From contig MU008196.1 of the NCBI GenBank assembly GCA_010909165.1, positions 310,001-374,000 on the forward strand: a DNA stretch of 64,000 bases, written 5' to 3'. This document shows positions 1 to 11,213 of the stretch, in pieces. The DNA is from Anthoceros angustus. Its lineage: Eukaryota > Plantae > Anthocerotophyta. Every line of letters starts with the position of its first letter. Positions within the stretch are counted from its first letter, which is position 1. The position numbers and the translations under genes were made by a program. A model generated the notes under the pieces. It worked only from the letters and a program-made list of their open reading frames with translations. It was not told where the DNA came from and did not search any database.

Positions 1-1321
1 AGGTGTTTCAACTTATTATATTTACGGAAGTCACATGGGAGCTAATTGGGAGAGTGTTTAGGTGGTGCACCCTACGCGAGCAAGGTGTAGGGTGGTAGTG
101 GAGCATGGGGTAGCACTCCATGCAGAGGGAGTGCACTACGCGGAGCAAGTGTAGAGCGGTGGCGGCCTACGAGAATGGAGAAGGTGTAGGGTGGTCTATG
201 GACGTAGGGCATGGCACTCCCTACTATAGGCATGGCGGTTCACGGAACCGCCTTCCACCCCTCCGCGCCAACGCCGCGGGAATTCATCCAACGGCTATGG
301 TTGCAGGGGGTAAGGAACGCGCAATGCGCGCATGGAGGCGCTCGCGGCAAGCCGCTGCCGCGGCCATTTTACACGCTGGCCACAAGGCCCAGTGCTGGTG
401 GCATAAGATTGGCCGCCACACAAGACTTGAGGAGAGTGCAGCGGCCAATCTCTTACAAATTGCTTGCAACCAGGAAATTGCTAAGAAACTCCCCTCCGAC
501 CGCAACTGGAGAAGGGCAGCCGGAGGTTCCCATTTGGAGGGCGCCGCCGATGATGGTGCCGCTATAAATTGGCCGGTCCCAAGTGTGATGCAGATGATTG
601 GAGAAATCGCCGATGGAAAGATTCCTGCAGTCGGTGGAGCCATGCTGATGCTCGATGGAGTGGTCAATGGAACCAAACTGAAGCTGATGGGAATGAAAGG
701 AGCCAATCAGTTGCTCAAAAATTATCAAGAGGATGCAGGACTCCGCCGCCATCGCCGGTGTATACGCCATCTGGTCCTGTGTGTATGCCCATTCATGTTT
801 ATCTCTCCTCCTCAGACTCGGAGAATGATGATCCTACAGAGAATAGAAGATCCAGCTCCCCATGTTGTAGAAATAAGCAGACGATAAAGGCTAATTGTGA
901 GGCACCAGTAGATGAAGCCGGGAGGGCCTACTGCGAAGGAAGCCCATCTTGGCAGGCACGTGTGGTGCGCAGAGATATCTTGGCAGATGCTGAATACACC
1001 GAAGAAATGGCCAAATATACAGCTAGTATGATGTCCTAGATATATTCTGATTGATGTCCAAATATCAGCAAATAACTGAATGATGTCGGAAATAAATAGG
1101 ATGTTGGATGTGCAGGATATGAACAGAGGATGATGGAAATGGAAGCACATGAGAGGGTGGATAAAGGGAATCCAAGGGAAAATCATCATGATGAGAGTAA
1201 GAAGAAGTGGTAATTCGAATCTCAAAATTAAAGTTTTACGTGAAAACTAAAGCATGATTATTGTGATTAGGTAATGAGAAGTGCGTGGGCACTGGAGGGA
1301 TTAGACTAGCTGTCCCTAAGA

Positions 1322-1607
1322 TGATGATAATCAATAGCTCTTAGGCAGAAGAGATACAATACAAATGAATTAATTAAAGAGTAAAGTACAAGCCTTTATA
1401 TAGGCTAAGTGGTTGAGGTGGTTAGGTAGTTATAACAATATGTTGTTGTAACCACCAAGTTGTTGTCACCACCAAGTTTTTGTAACTACTAACAACTAAC
1501 TACCTAAAGCAACTAAATAGATAACTACCTAATGCCCTAGAAAATAAATTAATGTTTAAGTGATGTGGACCTAATGAATAGTGCCCTAAACTAGATATAT
1601 TTCATCA
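1322..1607 (-). repeat. Copia-1 3' LTR (286 bp)
   Basis: Direct repeat of 8937-9203; adjacent to PPT at 1608-1616 (GAGTGGGAG on minus). Confidence 0.95.
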
Positions 1608-1616
1608 CTCCCACTC
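1608..1616 (-). other. Copia-1 polypurine tract
   Basis: GAGTGGGAG immediately before the TG of the 3' LTR. Confidence 0.8.
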
Positions 1617-1770
1617 ACTATGAATGTAGGGGTGAACTCTAGCTTCAAAATGAGGTCTAAAACATCAATAGACTCCCACTTAATCTAAAGCTATTAGCTT
1701 AAAACCATAAACTAAAGCTAAAAAGGTGAAGATAATATACAAAACCTGTACAAAGTTTTTTCGTGCAGTG

Positions 1771-1877
1771 GTCCAACGGCGCTGGTACATAGAGCTCCAT
1801 CAAAACTCTGGAGTTAAGCGTCCGGTCCAACGGCGCTGGTACATAGAGCTCCATCAAAACTCTGGAGTTAAGCGTCC
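1771..1877. repeat. 54-bp perfect tandem duplication inside Copia-1, upstream of the antisense gene
   Basis: gtccaacggcgctggtacatagagctccatcaaaactctggagttaagcgtcc(g) twice. Confidence 0.9.
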
Positions 1878-2407
1878 CAAGCCCGGATCAGTATCGGGAT
1901 GGGGAACCTATATGTTTTGATAAATAAAAATCGGAGAAGCTGCTTATCCATCGAACCATCCCCTGCCACCCCATTGGTGGGTGCGAGGTGCACGGCCACC
2001 ACTGCCACCTACCTTGGTTCACGAGGCACGTGCCGCCAGGAAGCCACTTTCGGCTTCTCCCCGGCGGCGCGACTCTAAGACCTCCCCTCGCCGCTCTCCG
2101 ATTGCCCGTGCTCATCCTGCTGCGGTTGCGGTGTTGATCCTCCCCACCCTTGCGCGCCCGCGACTGTAGATTTATGGTACATATATTGCCCGCTAATCCG
2201 GTGTTATTTTTACAGCTGTTTCGCAGATTGCCGCCGCTGAGTGAAGGCGCTGTTGCCCTCCCCGTGCTGTGGACGGAAAATTGTTGTGAGAGTGGCACGA
2301 TATATCGCACAATGGAATAATAACGCCGCTATGCGCGCTATGCAGCTAAAAGAAGGAAAATAGCAGCGAGAACCGAGGCACTAAGCAAACAAGCTGCTCG
2401 TGCCCGC

Positions 2408-3531
2408 ATGTTGTGGTACCGTGATGCCTTGCTGAGAGGTGAAAATGTACCAAAAGAGGGTCCAGGTCGTAGCATAGAAGACCCAAATTTTGATGTGAAT
2501 TTTCTCCATATATGTGCAAAATCTGCTAACATGGTTGAAAATATGGCCGATGAAGAGGAGGACTTGATAGTGCAAGCCCATTTGAAGGATGCCGAAGTTG
2601 TCATCAAGCAAGTCGATAAAGTTGAAAAAACTGGTAAGTAAATAAAAACCTTAAAATGATGGCATAATATGCATGGTGGCATAAAATACTAATTGTTGGT
2701 GTTGATGCAGATAATCCGAGTCGGCAATTATCTCCCACTATTGCCAAAGGTGGAAAATCAACAAGTGAAAGCTCTGGAGCCGTGTCTTCAGAGTGTCCTG
2801 GATATGATGACTTCAACATAGAAGAAGATAGTGCTTCAGAGGAGTCGTAGGGCTCCATGAAGCAAGACGTAGCCCCCCAGCAGGCTGTGTGTGAGGGCAG
2901 CCCGAGCTGGAGGTCTCATCCTAGTGAATATAGCCACATTGAGGATGTGGTGGCTGTCAAGGCAGAGCCAGTGGTAGCAATAGGGAAGAATGGAGAGGAA
3001 AAGAGTGAGTAGGAAAAGGGGGTAGGAGTACCTATATATATGTAAGCTAAAGCTAACATTTTTCCCAATAAAAATCTACTTCTATGTTTCAGATGTAGAT
3101 AAATGTGTAGGCACAAGCCATGTGAGATTTGCCCTACCACTGCATGCGACTCAAGAGGGAGCAAGTAAGAAAAGAAAAATACCTATGTCCTACCTACCGG
3201 CTGGGAATCTATTTAAGGCTACCTACTTGGTACTTCCTGGAGGGAAAGATGACCATGAAATCCCCATGGAATATATGTGTGAGAGAAAAGGAATAAAAAT
3301 GATGTGGTTAGGTGCATCTACATGTGAAGAATATGAAGGACATACGAAGCACCTTTATAGTGAGTGACCTAACTACTTAAGTAATATTATTACATCATTT
3401 TCATCACTTAACCTATGGGGTTTATTGTAGGATCCTTTTGGGCATTAGAGAGAGAGGCTAAGGAGTACTGTGAAGACTACTTAGAATTAGAAGAGGAAAT
3501 AGCAATGCTAGACAAGCTTTGTGGATTATAG
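2408..3531 (+). pseudogene. Copia-1 antisense spliced accessory gene (295 aa from ATG 2408; may extend to about 2222). Exons 2408-2633, 2711-3004, 3093-3359, 3431-3531; one in-frame TAG at 2848-2850
   Basis: Three phase-1 GT-AG introns (77, 88, 71 bp; donors GTAAGT, GTGAGT, GTGAGT). Spliced length 888 nt. Stop lies 30 bp from the pol stop, tail to tail. Homologous to the Copia-0 gene. Confidence 0.8.
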
Positions 3532-3561
3532 AACTCTAGTTACTTCCACTTGCTAACTAGC

Positions 3562-6500
3562 TTAGTTGGCTTTGACCTCTTGTATACCTAACATTTTCAT
3601 ATGTTTTAAATGTAAATCTCTCCCTAATGACTTGGTTAATAGATCTGCTGGATTATCTTGGGTTGGAATATATTTAATATTTACGGTTTTATTTTCTAAC
3701 ATTTCGCGTATATAATGGTACTCTACTACTATATGTTTGGTTCTGGAGTGGAAAACAGGGTTTCTAGCTAAGGCTATAGCACCCTGACTATCACTATAGA
3801 GAGGTGTGGGCCCATCTTGAGGGTGGTTCAATTCACTCAAAGCTAATCTACTCCAGACTATGTCTTTGGAGACGGAGGTTAGGACCCTATACTCTGATTC
3901 AGTGCTGGACAAAGCAATAGTTGGTTGTTTCTTACTTGACCATGATATGGGTGCTCCTAGCAGCCGCGGGAGCTTTAATTCATCGATCTGGATCTCCCGC
4001 GATAGCATCGATAGTAATTGTAGCTTAGATATGCCGGGTACATGTTTATACATCAATCCAGTGTGCATAGTCCCTTTTAAATATCTGAATATCCTTTTGA
4101 CACATTGCCAATGTTGTTTGTCAGGGTTCTCCAGAAATTGGGAGACTGCACTAACTTCAAAAGATATGTCAGGTCTTGTGAAGTTGCTTAAATATATTAA
4201 AGTACCTACAAGATGTCAGATGGTACGACCGACATTCTGCTTTTTTCTGCGTTTTACATATGTGAGCCTGGTGCCACTAGGAAATGGTGTGGCTGCTAGC
4301 TTAGCATCTTCTAGTCCAAATTTGGATAGACTTTCCTTGATGTACTTCGTCTGAGTTAAGGAAATGCTCTTATTACCTCTATCCCTTGTAATATTAACTC
4401 CAAGAGCATAAGTAAGATCTCCAAGATCAGTCATTTCATAATGACTTCTTAACCATGCCTTGATTTCAGCTAAATGGGAGAGTGAGGATGATGCTAAAAA
4501 TAAGTCATCCACATATAATAAGAGGTAAATTGTGTATTGTTTGGTCTTTGAAATATACATGCTTGCATCAGCTTTGCTTTGCACAAAACCATATGTTGTA
4601 AGTTTGTCATGTATATCATTGTTCCATTCTTTGCCAGACTGTTTTAGGCCATACATGCCTTTTATTAGCCTACACACCAAATCTTCTTTACCTTTGACTT
4701 CATAACCCTCAGGTTGTCTCATATATTTCTTCTTGTATCCGACCATGCAGATAAGCAGTCTTTACATCCATCATATGGAGATGTAAATGATGTTGAGCAG
4801 ATAAGGCAATGATCATTCTGAGGGAAGCAAATTTTGCTACTGGAGCATAGGTAGCCCAGGGGATATAATCTAAACCTGGTATTTGGGTAAACCTTCTAGC
4901 TACTAGTCTTGCCTTATATCTTTCAATGGAACCATCACCCTTACGTTTGATTTTAAATACCCATTTACTTCCAACTATTTTTCTCCCTTTGGGTGGTTTA
5001 ACTAATTCCCATGTAGAATTTTCTACTAGAGAGTTATATCAATCTACAATACCTTCCACACAAGTCTTCCTGGAGAGTAAAGTGTTCTTGCTTTAAGGTT
5101 AGCGTCGGGATCAACTCATGGGCTTTGTATACAATTTTGATAATATGAAGTAATGGGAGAAATAGGATCATCAGAAGTAACTAGATATCCAAGGGGTGGT
5201 TCCTTCCATCCAGCAGGTCCTGCAACAGTAGGTCTAGTTCTCCAATTGTACCTTGCAGCAGGTTGTTGAATATTTTCCACGTCACCACTCTATGAGCCGG
5301 TTCTAACAGGAAACTGGGCCTCATCTTCGTGCCTCGCCGAAGTTTATCTCATGTCAAGGCCTAAGCTCATCCTCAAAGGGAATGCGATATTGGCCACGAA
5401 TTTCAACATTATCATTAAGGTGATATTCATCTTCAAGATGTATAGGTTCTTGTATGTCGCGATCCTGGTCCGGATCTGGTGTAATTGGTCGTCTTGGGAT
5501 ATATTCTAACTCCTCCTCCTCCGGCAAAATAGGTTCAACTAGAGGAACTTGCATAGGAGGAGGTGGATGAATAATGACAAAATCCGCCATGAAAGGAAGG
5601 CCCGATGCTCGTGCCGAGGAGCATCGTGAGGTAAATAAGTCGAGCGCATCAAGGGGAAAGAGTATGGGACTCATGGAAAGTCACGCTCCTGGCATAGATG
5701 AGCTTCCTGGTAGAAGGGTCGAATAATTTATATCCTTTAATACCTTCGCAGCCAATGAAATTTTATTTTGGGATCCAGCTGGCGTTGTACTTTAGGAATA
5801 AACATATGTTGTGGGATCCAAAATCAAGATGATCAATAGAAGGCTTTCTACCAGTGAATGCTTCATAGGGGGTCATCCCATGGACTGTACAAGGGTGCGG
5901 CATTAATGAGATGTGGCTCAACATGGTTTCAAATTTAATAACTTTGGATAGTTGGCTTGTAAGTAAACAACCAAAGGACTTTTGAAGGCGAATATTCTCA
6001 AGTACGCCCATTTTGTCGAGGAGTGTACATCGTGAATTGCTTATACCTTCAGCAAGGCAAAATCAGCAAATTGGATGTAAACTCAGCTCCATTGTTCGAG
6101 CGCAGAGTTTTGAGTTTTATCTCGTAAGTCTCTCGCCCACATCATATACCCTTGAAAATGAGAAAGCTTGGCTTTTATGATTTAAGGATGTGTGAGGACA
6201 AATCGAGAGTAATCATCTATGAAGGTTAAGAACACTGCGATCCACTAAATGAAGGATATGCGTATATGGACCACAAATCAGATGAACCAACTCTAGGGGT
6301 GCCTTAGCCCGATGTGGAGATGGATTATGAAAAGGGGCTTGATGTCGTTTAGTGATGACGCAAGCTTCACACCATGAAAGAGGTTCCATTTTAGGTAGAC
6401 ATGGTGTTCTATAATAATTCCCTTTAGACATTTGGAACAGCTTTTGGCTATTAGGATGACCTATACGGCAATGCCAAAGCATAGTATTGGAGGAGGTGAC

Positions 6501-8729
6501 AGAATGATGGGTAGCTACATTGATGAGATGTACGGGACCCACTTGACTTTAAAGTTATAGACTTCATCTAGTGTACCGGTTGTGGACAGTGGAATCTATT
6601 GGTAATGTAAGAAAGAAGACACAGATCTGCTTGAAGAATAATTTGCATACTATGTTCTGAACATAGGTTAGCGGCGACACTAAGTTTTTACACATGGATG
6701 GTACATGAAGGACATGGGAAAGAGTAAGAACATGTCCTGTGGAGCATCTTAATACCACGGAACCTACACCCGAGATAGTGAGGTTATGATCATCGCCTAG
6801 GAGGACTGTTTGATGTCCTTTTGCTGGCGAATAAGACTCAAAAGAGTTTATATCGTGGCAGATATGGGATGTGGCGCCGCTGTCTAAGTACCATGACTGG
6901 TTTGAGGGCTTGGATGATGCCAAGCAGACAGTCAACGCCGATGGTGTTGCTGGAGAATGCTTCTTCACCGCAACATGTGCTCCAGGGTGGCCTCCTTCTT
7001 AGGCTCACCGTTCTTCTTTTTCCAGCAGTCCTTCTCCACATGATTTGTCATTCTGCACCAATTACATATAACTCCACTCTTCTTGTTGCCTCTGACAGGT
7101 GTAAATGAAGAGTTTAATCCTCTAGGAGGATATTGAACAGGATTCGGTCTTGGAGTGAAAGGTACGTTACCGCGGCCACGGCCACGTCCTTTGCCTCTAC
7201 CTCGTCCTGTAAACATCACCTGCTGTCTGGTGGATCGGGGATTCTCATTACGCCGGCTAGCGTCCTCCTCAATAATGGCTGCTATTAATTCACTAACGCT
7301 GATATCCAGCGTTGTCGAGCCAGTCAATTTCTTATGTTTCTGAGCGGCTCTAAGGACAGCATTTTGTGTTGTCACGAAGGGCCGATAGGAGGTGGCAAGG
7401 TAGCAAGGAGAGCAATAAAAGTCTGCTTCTCAGTCAGCTTTTCTTCAGAAGATGCTTCAAAATTATTTTTAGCAACGCGGAAAGCACTTAAATGATGATC
7501 AATGGAATCAGTCTCCTTCATCTTCATAGTATAAAGGTGACATGTGGCAGTTAATAAACTCATACCATCTTTAGAAGCATAAAGTTGGGCAAGACGTTCC
7601 CACATTTCGGCAGAGGTGTCTGCTTGAGCAACTTGTCGTACCATCTCCGGGGTAAGGCCATTCATCAAGACGTCTCGTGCTCTCCGATCTTTATTTTCCC
7701 AATCTTCTATTGCGTCTTGGTCCCAATGGAACATGTTTCGATTCCGCTGATGATGTCCCACAAGTCATGGCTACGCAGGACTCCTTGGGCGCGTTCTTGC
7801 CATACATCATATCCTTTTCCATTGAATCTATCTTTGTCTTTGAAGTTGTGACCTTGAATCACTTGTAATTTGGATTCATGCCTCTTTTTAGCTTTTTCTT
7901 TCTCATTCTGTTTAAAATTCTCCCACTCTTCTTGCCGTTAGATTGTTGTTCCATTAGCCATTTGGCCTTTTGAGCTTCCAAAAATCTGGTCTTTGCGGCG
8001 GCAAGTTCATCCGCATCGAAATCCTCCGATCCCACCATGGCTGGTGAGTTTATTGATGCAGATTACGCCGTAGCTGGCACGCCGATTTCTTGCTTTGTTT
8101 AGCGGAGAAGAGGCGCGAACAGGCACAGCATTTCTTCAAAATGGGATAATCTGCATCGTCATCAGAATCTGCAGACTTACAATCGAATGAGGGAACACCT
8201 TTGCTACTAGAAAGGTCTTTAAGACGATCAGTAATGATGTTAATCTGTTGGGTATTGTAAATCAATTTCTCATTAGTAGCAGTGTGATTAAGTCTAAGTT
8301 CTGCTCTAATGGAGTCAATGGATTGCTGTTGGTGCTGAAATAAGACGTCCGTTGGTAATTCACCAACCCCAACACAATCTTCGCAAAGAGCCTCCACTTC
8401 AGCTGCAGATGATTTGGATTAGGAAAGAAGATGTTAGCCTTATTGTCTATGTACTTAGAAATAGCGGATTCTATAGCACTGTATTGAAGAAGGCTAAATG
8501 AAGTTAGGAGATCTTTGCGAGCATAAATTATATTATTTACTCTATCTCCAGACTTAGACAAGAGGGCTTCTATGAGACAACATACTTGTTCTTCAACAAC
8601 ATCAATTTGTGGAGAGTTGAGATCAAAATCCTCTTGAATGAAGGATGATTTGTGTTGTTGTTGTCTCTTCTTCTTTGAAGCCTTGTTCTTCTTCTTAAAT
8701 TCTTGTCTGCTTGGATTGAAGAAATCCAT
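3562..8729 (-). pseudogene. Copia-1 gag-pol polyprotein, frameshifted, with a probable long Gag N-terminal extension
   Basis: DRFNGKGYDVW (Gag N-terminus), UBN2-like AEMWERLAQLY, knuckle CNWCRMTNHVEKDC, protease WYLDSGATSHIC, LWHCRIGHPN, RT LYGLKQ-type motif (MYGLKQSG) and LLLYVDDL, RNase H. Confidence 0.92.
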
Positions 8730-8922
8730 GGAGGGCAGACAAGAGATCGATACACATAAAGTGCATCCTTACAACTTTATGCAAGTCGAAGGTCGATTGC
8801 CGCTCAAAGCAAGTTCTCCACGCTGCATGATCTTCAAATGAAAAGCTGAAGTCGCAAATGCATTGATGAGAGAAGTGCCTTGAGCATAGGCAAGCAAAGA
8901 TGCTCAATCACGAAGAGCTACC

Positions 8923-8936
8923 ATGCTATGATACCA
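8923..8936 (-). other. Copia-1 primer-binding site (tRNA-iMet type)
   Basis: Minus strand TGGTATCATAGC directly after the LTR, versus canonical TGGTATCAGAGC. Confidence 0.88.
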
Positions 8937-9203
8937 TGATGATAATCAATAGCTCTTAGGCAGAAGAGATACGATACAAATGAATTAATCAAAGAGTAAA
9001 GTATAAGGCTAAGTGGTTGAGGTGGTCATAAAAATATGTTGTTGTAACCACCAAGTTGTTGTAACTACCAAGTTGTTGTAACTACTAACAACTAACTACC
9101 TAAAGCAACTAAATAGATAACTACCTAATGCCCTAGATGATAAAATAATGTTTAAGTGATGTGGCCCTTATGAATAGTGCCCTAAACTAGATATATTTCA
9201 TCA
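8937..9203 (-). repeat. Copia-1 5' LTR (267 bp)
   Basis: Direct repeat of 1322-1607 with two small deletions and several substitutions; followed on minus by the PBS. Confidence 0.95.
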
Positions 9204-9511
9204 TAAGAGACCTAAAAGTGCTAGAAAGGACAAGTATGACATACCCGAGGTAGTATTGCCAACAGCCAGACTAATTGAAAATGTGTACCTAATCTGTCCT
9301 GGGATATAGAGAATGCAGATACCCCGGAAGAATATGTATGCCAGGAAACAGGGATCCATATGGTGTGGATTGGTTATGAGCCATGTAAGGAGTATAAGGG
9401 CCATGTGAAGCACACATATTGTGAGTATGAAACAAAACTAAAAGTTAGTAAAAAGTATGTGAATTTCTAAAACTTAAATACTAAGAAATTGATCAGGTTC
9501 AATGTGGGCAC

Positions 9512-10147
9512 TCAGCGAGGAAGAGAGGACATATGCAGAAGATTCTCTAGAGATAGATAATGAACTGAATTATTTAGACAAAATACTGGACTTCTAGAAA
9601 AATGAAGGTAGATTAAGGATGATTTGGGCTTGATGTCTAAGACCCCTAAACTCTTCATATGCTTGCTATGTAAATCTCTTCCTAAAGACTTAGTTAACAA
9701 ATCAGCTGAGTTTTCCTGAGTTTGTATATAATTAATATCTATGGTTTTGTTTTCTAACATTTCTCTTATGTAATGGTACTCGACTGCTATGTGTTTGGTC
9801 CTGGAGTGAAAAACAGGGTTCCTAGCTAATGCTATTGCTCCTTGAGTATCACTAAACAGGGTAGTAGGCTCTTGTTGCGGATGGTTTAACTCACTCAAAG
9901 CTAACCTGCACCATACAATATCCTTAGCTATTGAGGTTAGTACCCTATACTCTGACTCGGTACTGGACAGGGCAATAGTGGGTTGTTTCTTACTTGACCA
10001 TGAGATAGGGGCCTTGGCGAGTAGGAGTTCATAACCTGATACTGATCTTCTTATATCAGGATCCCCAGCATAGTCGGCATCAGCATATGCCGTTAATATT
10101 GGTTTCTTTATACTTGGTGTATGTTGATAAACTAATCCTGTATTCAT
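9512..10147 (-). pseudogene. Copia-0 RT C-terminus/RNase H fragment
   Basis: Motifs AYADADYAGDPDIRRSVSGY, APISWSSKKQPTIALSSTESEY, NPVFHSRTKHI and ADLLTKSL, typical of Ty1/copia RNase H. Confidence 0.92.
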
Positions 10148-11060
10148 CGTACCGCTCCCATCCTCCTGAGTCCTTCGCTTTGTGTGCAGGAATTTCGTGC
10201 CGGCTGCAAGCCAACGCAGTGTCTGGTAGAGAGGGAGAACGCGGCGGTCGGAGTGTTGGGCGGAGGGCTTGGTCTTTGCAGGCGCCCCTGCCAGGGCTTG
10301 CTTGCTCCCTGCAAGTGCCTAAACGAATTACTCCCCTTGTGAATGGTTGCTGTGTGAATTTTTTTGCTTTGAGTGTGTGGCAATGCTCAAGGAACTCTCA
10401 GGTGAGGCTCGCAGAAAGACTCCACTGGAGGTTTCATACGGTACAAACTCCTATAACAGCAAGCCCAAGGAAGAACTCGTTAATTCCGGACGGACCCAGG
10501 CGGTTGTGCGTAGGCGAGTTGGAATTAATGAGCCAGCAATTGATGTTACTGACAGGAGGAGATTGTGGAGGAAAGAAGGTTAGATGAGTAGAGAAGAGGA
10601 GGGCGTTGTTGATTGAGAGAGTTGTGAGGAGAATTAGAGTGTAGGAAAAACGGAAGGCCACAGGCAAAGCCTAAGGGACGAATCCCAAATCTGCAGTAAG
10701 AGGGCGCTCCCTGTGTGGAGAGGAGTGGTCTTAGGAATAAGGACAAAATTGCGGTGTGGGGTCAGGGGGTCCCTGGGCGCCCGTGATAGACGCCTTGCTG
10801 TTAAGACGTGACCTGCAATCGTGTGGTGTCGTTGTAGGTTGAGGCTTGGTGAATTTAAGAAGCAGTACAGGCGATGTAGCTGCTATAGAGGGAGCGTGAG
10901 AGGGCGCCTTGCTTGCTTAGAAGGTTGAGGTAGTGTGCGCGTGATTGATTTCTCAAGATCGGCGTTCCACAAGTCTCATGGGGCCGAAACCCAGCGTCTG
11001 AAGCGGCGTGGGATAAGTGTGGCGCTAGAGGTGCATCTCGGAAGCCGGGATCCTCCCACA
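10148..11060 (+). mobile_element. R-U5 portion of a B/A-type Gypsy LTR, followed by PBS
   Basis: Homologous to the last about 900 bp of the LTRs at 26894-27791, 39842-40750 and (inverted) 11280-12091; ends CCTCCCACA followed by TTTTTGGCGC. Confidence 0.85.
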
Positions 11061-11213
11061 TTTTTGGCGCGCCGTTGCGGGCATCTCGGAAGCCCGGGAT
11101 CCTCCCACATTTTTGGCGCCGTTCTTGGGGAGCATCTCGAAGCCGGGATCTCGCCTCCACATTTTTGGCGCCCGTTCTTGCGGGCATCTCGAAGCCCGGG
11201 ATCTGCCTCCCCA
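11033..11213 (+). repeat. Tandem array of 3.5 units (about 50 bp) of LTR end plus PBS
   Basis: Unit gcatctcg(g)aagcc(c)gggatc..c(c)tcc(c)aca-tttttggcgc(c)cgtt..gggg, starting at 11033, 11081, 11132 and 11184. Confidence 0.9.

Larger units (their letters stand above)
1322..9203 (-). mobile_element. Copia-1: full-length Ty1/copia LTR retrotransposon (7.9 kb), degenerate
   Basis: Paired LTRs with TGATGA...TCATCA ends; TSD TAAGA (1317-1321 and 9204-9208); PBS; PPT; gag-PR-INT-RT-RH order on the minus strand. Confidence 0.95.
569..9597 (+). pseudogene. Copia-0 antisense spliced accessory gene (about 300 aa), disrupted by Copia-1. Predicted exons 569-1025, 1116-1196, 1271-1321+9209-9420, 9497-9597
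   Basis: GT-AG phase-1 introns at 1026-1115, 1197-1270 and 9421-9496. Spliced frame is open except one missing base in the GGG near 9302. Product aligns with the Copia-1 antisense gene. True start codon uncertain. Confidence 0.78.
1..10147 (-). mobile_element. Copia-0: truncated Ty1/copia element (RNase H plus 3' accessory region), split by the Copia-1 insertion. Its own sequence is 1-1321 and 9209-10147; RT/INT/gag are lost at 10147 and the 3' LTR lies left of the window
   Basis: Copia RNase H at 9512-10147(-). The flanks of Copia-1 rejoin across TSD TAAGA into one continuous reading frame on the + strand. Confidence 0.8.

Noticed and set aside
11033-11213. CRISPR-like repeat-spacer appearance
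   Set aside because: Eukaryotic TE context, no unique spacers and no cas genes; each unit is an LTR terminus plus PBS.
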